A stretch of DNA of 64,000 nt from Lingula anatina (lineage: Eukaryota > Animalia > Brachiopoda), in contig CM120643.1 of NCBI GenBank assembly GCA_051362555.1, positions 23,378,848 to 23,442,847 on the forward strand, written 5' to 3'. A model generated the notes under the pieces. The model worked only from the letters and a program-made list of their open reading frames with translations, was not told the DNA's origin and ran no database searches. The position numbers and the translations under genes are program-made. Below are positions 54,350-64,000 of the stretch, piece after piece; positions within the stretch are counted from its first letter, which is position 1; each line of letters opens with the position of its first letter.

Positions 54350-54684
54350 TTTCAGATTGGCACCCAAGAGGCGACATCTGTCGGCCAGGTAACGTGGGAC
54401 ACATGGAGCTTCTCTACATGGTCCTGTTGTGCCTGCTAGTCGGTTTCTTTATAATATTTCTCCTGGTGGTTTTGTGCCTAAAAAGCCTGAGGGTTGACGG
54501 CAGACTTCGTATGTTGCGCGCGCAAAATGCTGGTGACATAGATCGACCTCTCTTGGCCGGAAGTGACGAAACCGAAGGACTGCGTGGGCGAAATGACGCT
54601 CTAGGCACAAGTCGAAGCTATGACACTTTTCCGACATATGAATCTATAAATCAACAGCCAGACATACCAGATATCCAGAATTGA
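46888..54684 (+). CDS. SLC15A4-like: Divergent SLC15/POT family transporter, paralogue C, 10 exons, about 599 aa
   Basis: Exons: 46888-47212, 47651-47749, 47931-47974, 48572-48717, 49349-49527, 50134-50318, 51055-51247, 52440-52607, 54089-54220, 54356-54684. GT-AG, same phases as A and B, 1800-nt open frame. Motifs IGGIAADTY, GQTGMSVILSVLAAEQV, WVYFSTNAAG, IQAPQVILLGLGEVF and WEYVYTEAPKGLK. Confidence 0.88.
48153..48221 (-). tRNA. trnT-UGU: tRNA-Thr(TGT), probable pseudogene (4-nt deletion in the 5' acceptor strand)
   Basis: Minus strand reads GCC TAGCTCAGTGGTTAGAGCA CTGGT CT TGT AA ACCAG GGGTC GTGAG TTCGATC CTCAC TGGAGGC T, then TTTT. D, anticodon and T arms pair perfectly. The 3' TGGAGGC needs a 5' GCCTCCA but only GCC is present. 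Confidence 0.8.
49693..50001. mobile_element. MITE with CAGTGGCG...CGCCCCTG termini and an internal (GT)n/poly-G tract
   Basis: TIR-like ends. Direct repeat acaag at 49688-49692 and 50002-50006. Confidence 0.7.
50745..50917. mobile_element. MITE with CAGG...TAGCCAG / CTGGCTA...CCTG termini
   Basis: Imperfect 15-bp TIRs. Direct repeat cattt at 50740-50744 and 50918-50922. Confidence 0.7.
52628..52799. mobile_element. MITE-like dispersed repeat (copy 2, inverted relative to 114-291)
   Basis: Full-length similarity to the reverse complement of 114-291. Ends ccgatgtaac ... gtacaccgg. Confidence 0.7.
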
Positions 54685-55706
54685 AACTTAAAGATATTAA
54701 TGTTGCATCATTACAAAAAGGTGTACTGATCAATATGTGAGGTCTTGAGTATTTATTGTGATATCTAAGTAATATATTTAAGAAACATGTTATTTTAAAC
54801 TTGCAATTTTATTTATTTACAGACTGGCCAATTTTATTTCAAACACTATGTTAATTGTTCTAATGTGTGGCTCTATTTCATATTTTATAGTGGTTTTTAA
54901 ACTGCTCGTTATAGGGCCTACTTTGTTTGTTATTTGTCAGTTTCATCGAATATGAATTAGCCGTGAAAGCAACATTGTATCAAAATAGACATACTCAGTG
55001 TCGACTCTGCCAATTTTTGTGATTAAACTTGTTCAGGGATGAAGTTAAGCCCCATACCGACTGCTATCTCGCCCCAAAATTAGAACGGTGTAAAATTGAC
55101 GATTAAAGTTTTAAGTTGCCTATGCTTATACATTGCCACGGGAAATATAAACGCCGATATTCTGTATTTTCGTGTTTTTTTATTGTTTTAAATCAGCACA
55201 AAGTTAGATGCATTATTGAATAGTTAGATGCAGGAAAAAAAACTCATTTTCAGTATCATATCAGTATGATAATAAAGGGTAATAATACCCTTAAACTTTC
55301 AGTTTTACATGCGCTGCCTTGGCACACTCATGTAATGTTATTGTGGCCTATTTTAAGAAGTTCTCTCTTAATTAAACATTATTATATCGAACATTTTCAG
55401 AATGCTATCGGCCTAAAACGAACAACATTATTTGAAAAAAATTAGTTTAGAAGAAATGTCCTTAATGTGGAGTTGTATAAAAAATGAGTTTACTATTTTC
55501 CACGATGTGAGCTTGTGACTAACAATTTTCATATTATATATGTCGCGCACTTCCGTTTTACAATTTGTTAAAAAATGCAACCAACACAAAAACAACCTCT
55601 TGAGCAAATACATACACATCCATCTTTTTGCGCTTTCAGAGAGAATAATTTCGGGTATTTCAGTTTTCCTACGAAAGCACCATTCATTCATTCGTGGTAA
55701 AGTCTG

Positions 55707-58700
55707 TCAATTACTCTCTAAATTATCTCCCTCCTCGTCTATGGTCTTCGGTATCCTAGTGACCAAAGGGAATACTACGGAGAAGACTAAGCTCATTACT
55801 ACCAATATAGCCAAGAAATACTCCAAATGGCTTGGGTCACTGGCCAGGCACATGTCTTTTAAATCAAAATCGTACCAGTCTGAAAGGAGAAAAGTTTGCC
55901 TCGTCATAATACATTTATTTTGCAGTGAAGTACGCACACCACGTTGTGAACATGCCACCATAATACACGCATTCGGTTGGTAATGAAATCTAAACAGAAA
56001 TAAACAGAAACAGAAATAATTGTCATTGCTTCGAGTGTGTAAAAATGGAATTCAAACAAAAAGTAGAAGAAGTGAAAGCCTGCTGGTTTGGACAATGCAA
56101 TCGCTTCTTACGAAGCCAAAGAGGGATAGCATATATACGCTACATACCAGTGTAGGTTTTCACCAAGCTTTCTATACCCAGCGAGATTAGAAATGAGAGT
56201 CCTAGAGCAGTCTGATTTAAACCCATACTGAAGCACTTCAAGCCATCAGGGGCTTCCATGTATGAAAACTCCTTAACTGAAAAGTGTAAAAGTAAAAGTA
56301 GTTTGTCTTTTTTCACAACACCAATTTATGGCGTTTATTGTTACAGTTTGAGTTTATATGCGTGCAATATGCGTTTGTTCATGTAAACATACTGTAATAC
56401 TGGTGATAGGCAATGCGGTGTTGTCTCTTCGATCTTTATACTAAACTGCGTGGATAAACTGCATTCGTCTTGCATATTTTTTCCTGCTCGGCGCCATTCT
56501 CCAATCATAACCTTACCGTCAACAATTCATGAATTTTGAGATGCATACAGGTAGTATACATGGCAATAGATGGAAAGTGAGACAAGGAACAAGACTGAAA
56601 CCATGTATAAATGGCAGAGAGCCTTTAAAAAGCGCGCAAAGGCAGCGGTGGCCGGCGCAGAGGTGGGGGGGATGTAATGCAAAAATGCGCAGGGGGTGTA
56701 ATGCACAAAATCGTTTTATATTATGAACACACCTGATGTACTGAAAACGCCTAAAGCTACTCTTACAACCGGTCGTGCGTGCTTCTACGAGCGGTTTGCG
56801 TGCAAAAAATCGGCCAAGTAGTAAGATACACGCACGTGGAACGTACTTTTTTTGGTGGACGCTGAAGTCACAGCCCAAAATCACCATCTATCTAGCTAGA
56901 GACATATCTGTGAATATCTGTAAAAAATCTATCAGTCGCCCTGGTAGAGGGTACCCTGCGATTTAATTTTCATCCTGCGACAACGCTACGCCTGACAGGA
57001 ACTCCGAGGACGCACGGTCTCTCAGCACGCACGACGGGTTGTAAGAGAGCCTTAACTCACCAGTCAGTAAGATGACGATCAAGACGCCACACACATTTTT
57101 CGGGACACTTGGAACAATCTTGATCTATAAGTATCTCAGAAATATCATTTGTCACAAAAATGTTCAATATATATTCAATTCGCAACACAGAAAACATTAA
57201 AAGTATATAAAAAAAACATAACATGTTGCACCTGTACCTGTGAGAGCAGTGAACACTTCAGCGAGAGCGATAAGACCATACTGTGGGCCCTGAGCAAAGA
57301 TGCTGATGGTGGAAAAACCCTGATTTTGAGCACAATTCATCTTAAGCCCCATTTCCAACGCAATCGCAACCAGTCCAGATATAATAGCAAGAACCACCCC
57401 AACACCTAGGAGAAAATGGTCGATTAAAGATAACGGAGTAATCTTTTTTTTCGAGATGGATTTTCATAACAACTAATTACATTATCTATATCTATTTTCA
57501 GTTATTTGGTGTAGATCAAGAAAATATTGAACATTTTTGACGTTTTATACTCAATTAAGACAAATTACATAAAAACTATGATGTACATTTCACGTAGTGA
57601 GGAGAGTCGACGTCATGCCAAAAAAAAAGTGAAAATTTGGGTTTGCATCACTCTTGTATGTCACTTTTTGATCACCTTTGTTGGTGTCCTTTTTTTAATT
57701 TTTTTTTCATAATGGTGGTCACAATATGAAGAAGGGGAAATACTGTACGTACCTGGGCGCGTGGGCTGAGGCCCCTACAGGTACAAGATTATTCACTTTA
57801 AACCATCCTGTTTACCTTGTTGTGTCACTGCGTATAGATATGCGCTGGCTGATCCGGGATGTTGCTTAATAAGGGGAGGTGGGGGAAGGGAGGGCCAAGG
57901 ATATACTTAAAGTCATAATAACTCTTCGTTTTGGTCAAGGAGTAAACGGCAATTTTCCCGTACTTACCAATGGTCAGCGACCCTATTCCTGCATTCAAAG
58001 TTAGTTCAGGGTTTTTTCCTAAATGTTTGGTTTTTTGTTAAAATCTCTTAAGAGATTTTAACTGACGGAGCCCTCTCTGACATTGCATAGTCACGCGATA
58101 TCGAGCGATAGTTTCTGGTGACCTACTTAAAGCCGCGGGAAAAGCAGACAACAACAACGCTATATAACAATAATATAAAATTCATAAGATATATTCGTCT
58201 GATTGCTCAAAATGCATTTATATCTACAATGTGTGCAATAACCTTGCCCGCGTTATACGTCACAGGTCTTGCGTAACTACCCACGTGCTACGATTTTTCC
58301 CTTGGGGGGGCAGCAAGCGGCCATTTTGTACAGGAGCAATGTATAGATGGGTGAAAACGATAGGTTGTTTTTAACCAAAAACGATGTCCCCGGGGCGAAA
58401 CTGCCAACACCAAAAGTAAAGGAGCATACCAACGTTGTTTTGAAACGATGTGGTTAGCCTGTCAGTGACGAGTTAGGGAGAAAAGAGCAGCACTGATAGC
58501 AAGGTACTGTATACACGTGAACCGGCAAAGTTTATGATGATTTCATGTTGCAAAAGCATAATTAAATCAGTTAGTTATTTTCCAAACGATATTGTTTGAA
58601 TAGCAGATACGTAAATCAAACTAACAACAATAAACATTTTTGATGACATTGAAAATCAAAACCTGCGGTGAACGATAGGTTGGGGAGGACACTGCCACAG

Positions 58701-61700
58701 CAAGTAATGCATGAATTTTGTTACACAACACCATATGCTTGTGTCATTGTTAACTCTGTGGTATTATTACTCAATTTACTGCTCAAATTAATACCTGATA
58801 CTATTTCTCAGGCTACCAAGTACAAATCAACTTATTTTGTGGCAATTGACCTCCATGTTCCATCTTGTGTGCAGGTTGTTTATTATTATTATTATTTGTT
58901 CAAGCACATTTTAATAAAGTGTCTATGCTTTAACAAGAGAAATTTATGCTGAAGTTTAAAAGATTAAATCATCAGTAGTATGTACAATTAAAGCTATTAA
59001 TTTGATTATGCATATTTGATTTTCAATTGTCTTGATTATGATATGAGGTTTCTGCATTTTTCTCTTGCCCTCGAATCAATATCTAACAAGTAAATTGATG
59101 GTGCTTTATTACAATTTTTGCTTTATACTTTCAGATGTAAAAACTGTGTAGCAGTTGGTAAAGCTGTAGAGATTGATGTGAGCATAGATCAGGGGAAATG
59201 GTATTAGAGAAACTAGGAGGACAAGACATAGATAATGTACTAGTAGATCCATCATCACAGCAAGGATAGATGGTGTGATCTTGTCCCTGAAGCTATGCCA
59301 CAAGTTTTCAAACTGGTTGAGTCCTTACTAAGACAAGCGGCTGCGGTGTGAATCGCAATATGTACATTCAGGTTATACGTGGCAGATTTATGACAAAAGA
59401 GACCTTCACAATATACTTCAAAGAAGTCATTCTTGCATCTATGCCTCATCAAAAGTACACAGTTACAGTGACTAGAACATTGTCTGCAAATAGTGAGGCA
59501 GTGAAGGCTGCAAGGTGCCATTGTTTTTCAGTATTAAGAATGACAGTATCTGTTATTTATTTATTTATTATTATTTCTCATTTATAATGGGAGGGAGACT
59601 CACTTTGTTCTTTCTATGCCCATTCAGTTAAGGGTTGATGGCAATATATGGTAAATCTGTCATGCCTGTATTTAGAATTTCTCTGGCTCAAATTTCTACA
59701 TTTATTGGGTGCATTATGAAGTTTCCTGACTGATTAATGAGGTTACTTGTAGAAATATCTTGCTTACACACATTTTGTGATATTTTTACTACTTTATACA
59801 TTTGATTATTCACATCTCATCAGTGGTGTGTGAAAGGTACTTGGTATTTGCATTTTAGAACTGTAGATCTGTGTACCAGCAGGGTTATATTTCATATATC
59901 TGCGAATGTTTCTTAAAATAAGCTTCATGTTTGATAATTAATTGGTTTGAAATAAATAAATAAATAAATAACCCAAATAAAATCAATTCATTTTATATTT
60001 CACATAATTTGTTTTTATTATTCTTCTAAGCATTTAATCATAACATCTCCCATCATTATACTGTTATTGTGTAATAACATTGAAAGTTTCCAAGTTTTTA
60101 TTAACAGGTTGATGCTAACGTATTACAAATGAATATAAGCATAAAAGCATATTTCCTTACTCAAATGTATCAAACGTACCCCTGGCATAATACCGGTAAA
60201 GATACAGGTAAAGATGACAGCATTGATAACTGGGTTTACAGCGCTGTTAGTGCAGCTTGGTTAGTGTCAGATTGTTATCTGATAAAGTTTGCTACTAGTA
60301 CCTGAGAACAAAAGGTCTGGCACTTGACAATCAAGTTGATAAAATCACAAAACACCTGTAGAAAATAGAGTATACCCTGTACCTGCCCAACATTGATTTG
60401 TTCAGATTCTTGACTAAGGGGTGCGTTACAGGTGTCAAGGGCCAAGACTTGAACTTAGGGGTTTGGCATGTCACTAGGCATTACCCCCGATTTCTGTCCA
60501 AATCTAATAAAGCCTCAGTTGCTTAACTTTCTCCAAATTTCCAATATCTACCGGTTGTGTTGTTTAATGCTTGGGGTCTCTTCTCTGGCGGCGGTTAATT
60601 GGGGACACCTGTGCGGCCTGTCAACGCACCTAGATTCACTTTTGCCGGTGCCACATTTTCAATTGCCGTAAATATCAAATTCATGAATAGAATAAGGAAA
60701 AATGACAGTTATGAAAAAATGTTTGGAAGTACCTGTCACCTTCACCACAGTAACCATATGGGCTGTGATGCCCCCCCACCACAGGCGACACCTTGCGGAG
60801 CAAGCGTGCGTAATCCAGGGTGCAACTGAAAATAACCTTGACGCGCGACCTTATTCTGGGCTTTTCGTTATCCGACGCACTGTACAAAAGCTTGCAACTT
60901 ACGTCTGCGTATCGCATCAGGGGTTTGGCGCCAAATGTTATTCTGGCCTCGAATGAACGCGAGAATCTGCGTGACACCCTTACGTCATTGGCAACGGATG
61001 CCTTGACGACCGGGAAGAAAGGCATCGAAAGCCCTATTGACAAGTACAGATTTTAGTTTTACTACAATAACGGCTGTTTTAGTGGTAAATGCAATAGAAT
61101 ATATTTCCATGCGTTGTTTACAATGTATTTCTTGCAGAATTTTGAAACTCAAAGGAAGAGTTATTATTGCTTTAAATAAGTGGACGACAACATTTAGGAG
61201 ACAGGAGAAAGTTTTTTTTCCCTATATTTTGTGTGTGAGACTTATATCTCTTTGGAAGGGGGCAGGGGTGGGGTAGAGAGAGGGTACATCAAAAGCTGTA
61301 AGAAAGGAACACGTGCATACTTGTTCTAGATATATACAGTCGCTGGTTCCTGGACGATATCCGTGGATACAAATAGTAGATGGTAAAAGGGATAACAAGC
61401 ACTATCACCACTTCGTTGAATAATATGATCTGAGTGGATGGAGAAGGAAACAAATGTCCGTTCACGGTACTGTTGAGTCCGGTGGCTTGTAACGAATATA
61501 TCGTCATTATCTGTGAAAGGACAAACAGCATGTACTTGTAAAGAATAGGGAAGATAGTATTTACAACGTAGACTCTATTCTCGAGGTCTGCTACTTGATA
61601 AAGCATTTTATTGAAAAACTTTTTTTCTTACAAAAGTTGCTATGGACTTGCTGACTAAGTAATTAACTAACAATCGATTGATTAGTCCATCGACTAAATT

Positions 61701-62566
61701 ATTGATTAATTCGTTCAACCTACGGATTGGCTTTTGATTAAATTGGTCGATCAATTCTTACCGGTGTGTAAAGAAACCCAAACCCAACAACCGCCGAATT
61801 AACCAAGAGGATCCTGAGGAGATCTCGGACACGGTTTCTTTTATGTTGTTCTTTGACGTCTGGTTCTTTTTTGCCCAGTCTCTTTGAAAACCTGCCTTTC
61901 GCCTCTCGGCGTCCTTTCTTGAAGAAGTTTAATGTAACAGTAAGAGTCTCATGTAAAGTTGTCCCTAAAATGTCAAAACACAGAAAACACATCTCTCTAA
62001 AAATATGCATATGTATAATACCTATCATTAAAAAAGGCATTTGAAACATATTCCTGTGCTGTAGACAGCTACCGACAAACTACCTGGGTAACTACGAGGA
62101 TATTACGAACGACATTTAAGGTAGTTTATTCGGGATTTACCCGCCAAAATATATTTTGAGGGGTTTTATGATCCTTGAGGTCTCGATTGGGAAATATAAG
62201 TAACTTTGAAGGATATGCAGACATACAAAAATATAACTTTGGGACATTCCCAAACGCGAACTACGTCTGATTGAAGCCATGGTACCTGAACTACGAAAAG
62301 TCCTTTGTTTTTCATATGGTGTCCGCTCTCTGACCCAAAGTGCCACAAAAAAGAGAATAAGAGAGAGAACACCTGACAGAGGAGAAATGAGAAACTTGTA
62401 GTGAAGTGGTAAGCTTGGAATTCCTTCCAATATGGCGCTCGATGTGTCTGCGATGATGGCACCAACATTGCGCCAAAGATAAAACCTGTTTTAGAAAAGA
62501 AAACATTTTGCTTTTGTTTGAAGTATAGATGTATATTGATAAATAACTTTAACTTCATTCAAATAT

Positions 62567-62613
<47 letters not shown>

Positions 62614-63197
62614 GTAAATGCTCCCAAATTGAATATATAATTTTACCAATGAATAAATCGCCTTCGATGCTTCTCGTCTGGTAACTGTTCAGCGCCAACT
62701 ACCGGTAACACAGCGCCAAGACAGCCCTGTCCCAAAGCAGCCGTTGACAGTCCAGCCACGGCAAGATGTTTTGCGGTGCTGATGGAGTGCTAAGATAGGT
62801 TTTAATGCTAATATTATAACAGTGTTTAAAATTTTTCATCAATTTGGAAGAAAATAGCAATGAAAACACTCTTTTGTAACAAACTAATTACAAAATTAAT
62901 CAATTTTGTGAAAAATTCGATGAACGATCGGCCATCTTCATATTCGTCTGTCTCAAAGTGACGCATGTGGCGTTGTGTCACTAGTCGAGAAAATAAAGTG
63001 TCTGGACAACCAGAGGAGTAAAGGAAGCCAGGTGGATCGGGCAAGCACCGAATAATCATAATAGAGACGAATACAAATACACTCTCCTGCACCTGATCTT
63101 TGAGTATTCAGTGCCGCAGTCGATTCACTTAGGAGGGGGGAGTGAGGGCAGCGCTTAATACCCAAATTTGTTTGTGACAAGAGTGTTTTTACTGCTT

Positions 63198-63248
<51 letters not shown>

Positions 63249-63934
63249 CTATCTCTGCTTAAAACCCTATCAAGACATTTTCTGTAAATATTGACAAAGA
63301 TCCAGTGGAATTCCTTTATTGCCATCCATCACCTCTTTCTTTCAGTAATAAGTCTACGTGTTGAGTGCACTACATCCTGCAGAGACCCGAAATATGGGCC
63401 TAACATCACCTCACCTGCTCGTTATTTAAGGACGGACTGGATTTGCTCACATCAATGAAAACGCACCATTGATCAATGATCCGTTGCTTATTGTTATCTT
63501 GGAGGTTAAACCGCGCGCTCCATAGATATCAAATACAACCCAAACACTTAGGCCTACTGATATCAGTAAGTGATGACACACTTACTGATATCACGGTTGG
63601 TTTTAAAAGTTGCGATCACAATTTTGTAGATTAAAATGATTTCTTTTAAATTTAAAGTACAGATATTATGACATAATGAGGCCAAAATGTCTTCAGCACA
63701 TGACACTTCCCAACAAACACAGTGCTATCGTAGAAGTATAACGTTACCACGACGATACCAGAACGTTTTTGGTAATATGACGTTATGGGAATATTAAATG
63801 GCGTTCTGTATTTGCTAGGCACAGGCTATGAGCCAGATAAAGACACAACAATGAACACCAAAATTCTTAAATACGTTTTTCTTCAATTTGAGCATTTACC
63901 TCAATATGTTCAGCAAATTCGAGGAAAATGAGAC
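55707..63934 (-). CDS. SLC15A4-like: SLC15/POT family transporter, paralogue D (recent duplicate of B; exons 1-2 lie beyond the window)
   Basis: Exons 3-10: 63934-63900, 62789-62647, 62485-62286, 61964-61762, 61510-61321, 57405-57238, 56276-56148, 55879-55707. Open frame, near-identical to B exons, introns still alignable. Confidence 0.88.
56755..57052. mobile_element. PIF/Harbinger-type MITE (TAA TSD) in intron 8 of D
   Basis: About 28-bp TIRs (agctactcttacaaccggtcgtgcgtgct / agcacgcacgacgggttgtaagagagcct) with TAA on both sides. Paralogue B has the empty site with a single TAA (aaacgcgtaactcat, about 38521-38535). Confidence 0.85.
57911..61171. mobile_element. Kolobok-like DNA transposon, 3.26 kb, non-autonomous or decayed, in intron 7 of D
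   Basis: TTAA at 57907-57910 and 61172-61175. Termini AG...CT. TIRs agtcataataactcttc / gaagagttattattgct match at 15 of 17 positions. Absent at the homologous site of B (about 39651-39680). Confidence 0.8.
58347..59530 (+). pseudogene. Decayed two-exon transposon gene with SAP-like and SWIM-like segments
   Basis: Exon 58347-58503 reads MGENDRLFLTKNDVPGAKLP...HTNVVLKR, frameshift, WLAC.*.VREKRAALIAR. A GT-AG intron runs to 59135. Then CKNCVAVGKAVEIDVSIDQGKWY, DKRLRCESQYVH and IYFKEVILASMPHQKYTVTVT...VKAARCHC, with several stops and frameshifts. Confidence 0.6.
63199..63247. repeat. (AAT)n microsatellite
   Basis: Directly visible. Confidence 0.9.
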
Positions 63935-64000
63935 CTGAAAGAATAATAATAATATTAACAAGCACATCCTAATGCTAACTGTCTGTAAATGGGGTGACAT

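Noticed and set aside
60681-61056. Overlapping 78-120-aa ORFs in the right end of the Kolobok-like element, as a transposase
   Set aside because: No DDE or zinc-finger motifs. GC-rich promoter-like DNA readily yields such ORFs on both strands.

Overview
Eukaryotic, AT-rich, intron-containing animal DNA; the repeat and microsatellite style suggests an invertebrate such as a mollusc, but the species cannot be determined from the sequence. Two things dominate. (1) A full-length, apparently intact L1/Tx1-clade LINE at 5187-11690 (+) with two ORFs, a poly(A) tail, a perfect 15-bp target-site duplication and a 5' YY1-type motif. (2) A tandem cluster of at least four 10-exon SLC15/POT (PTR2)-family transporter paralogues: A (-) 29975-35553, B (-) 37035-43798, C (+) 46888-54684 and D (-) 55707 to beyond 63934 (5' end outside the window). 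I spliced all four by hand with GT-AG sites and the same intron phases. All four frames are open, yet every copy lacks canonical POT catalytic residues: the TM4 Lys is replaced in all four, and the ExxER motif has lost its first Glu in A and B and is gone in C (not visible for D). This suggests a lineage-specific, neofunctionalised transporter subfamily. The window also holds two decayed Tc1/mariner elements (one folded into a 76-bp hairpin), a 3.26-kb Kolobok-like TTAA element with a decayed SAP/SWIM-type gene, several MITEs, a tRNA-Thr(TGT) with a broken acceptor stem, and microsatellites. I found no supportable host exons in about 12-29 kb. All family assignments come from motif recognition, not database searches.
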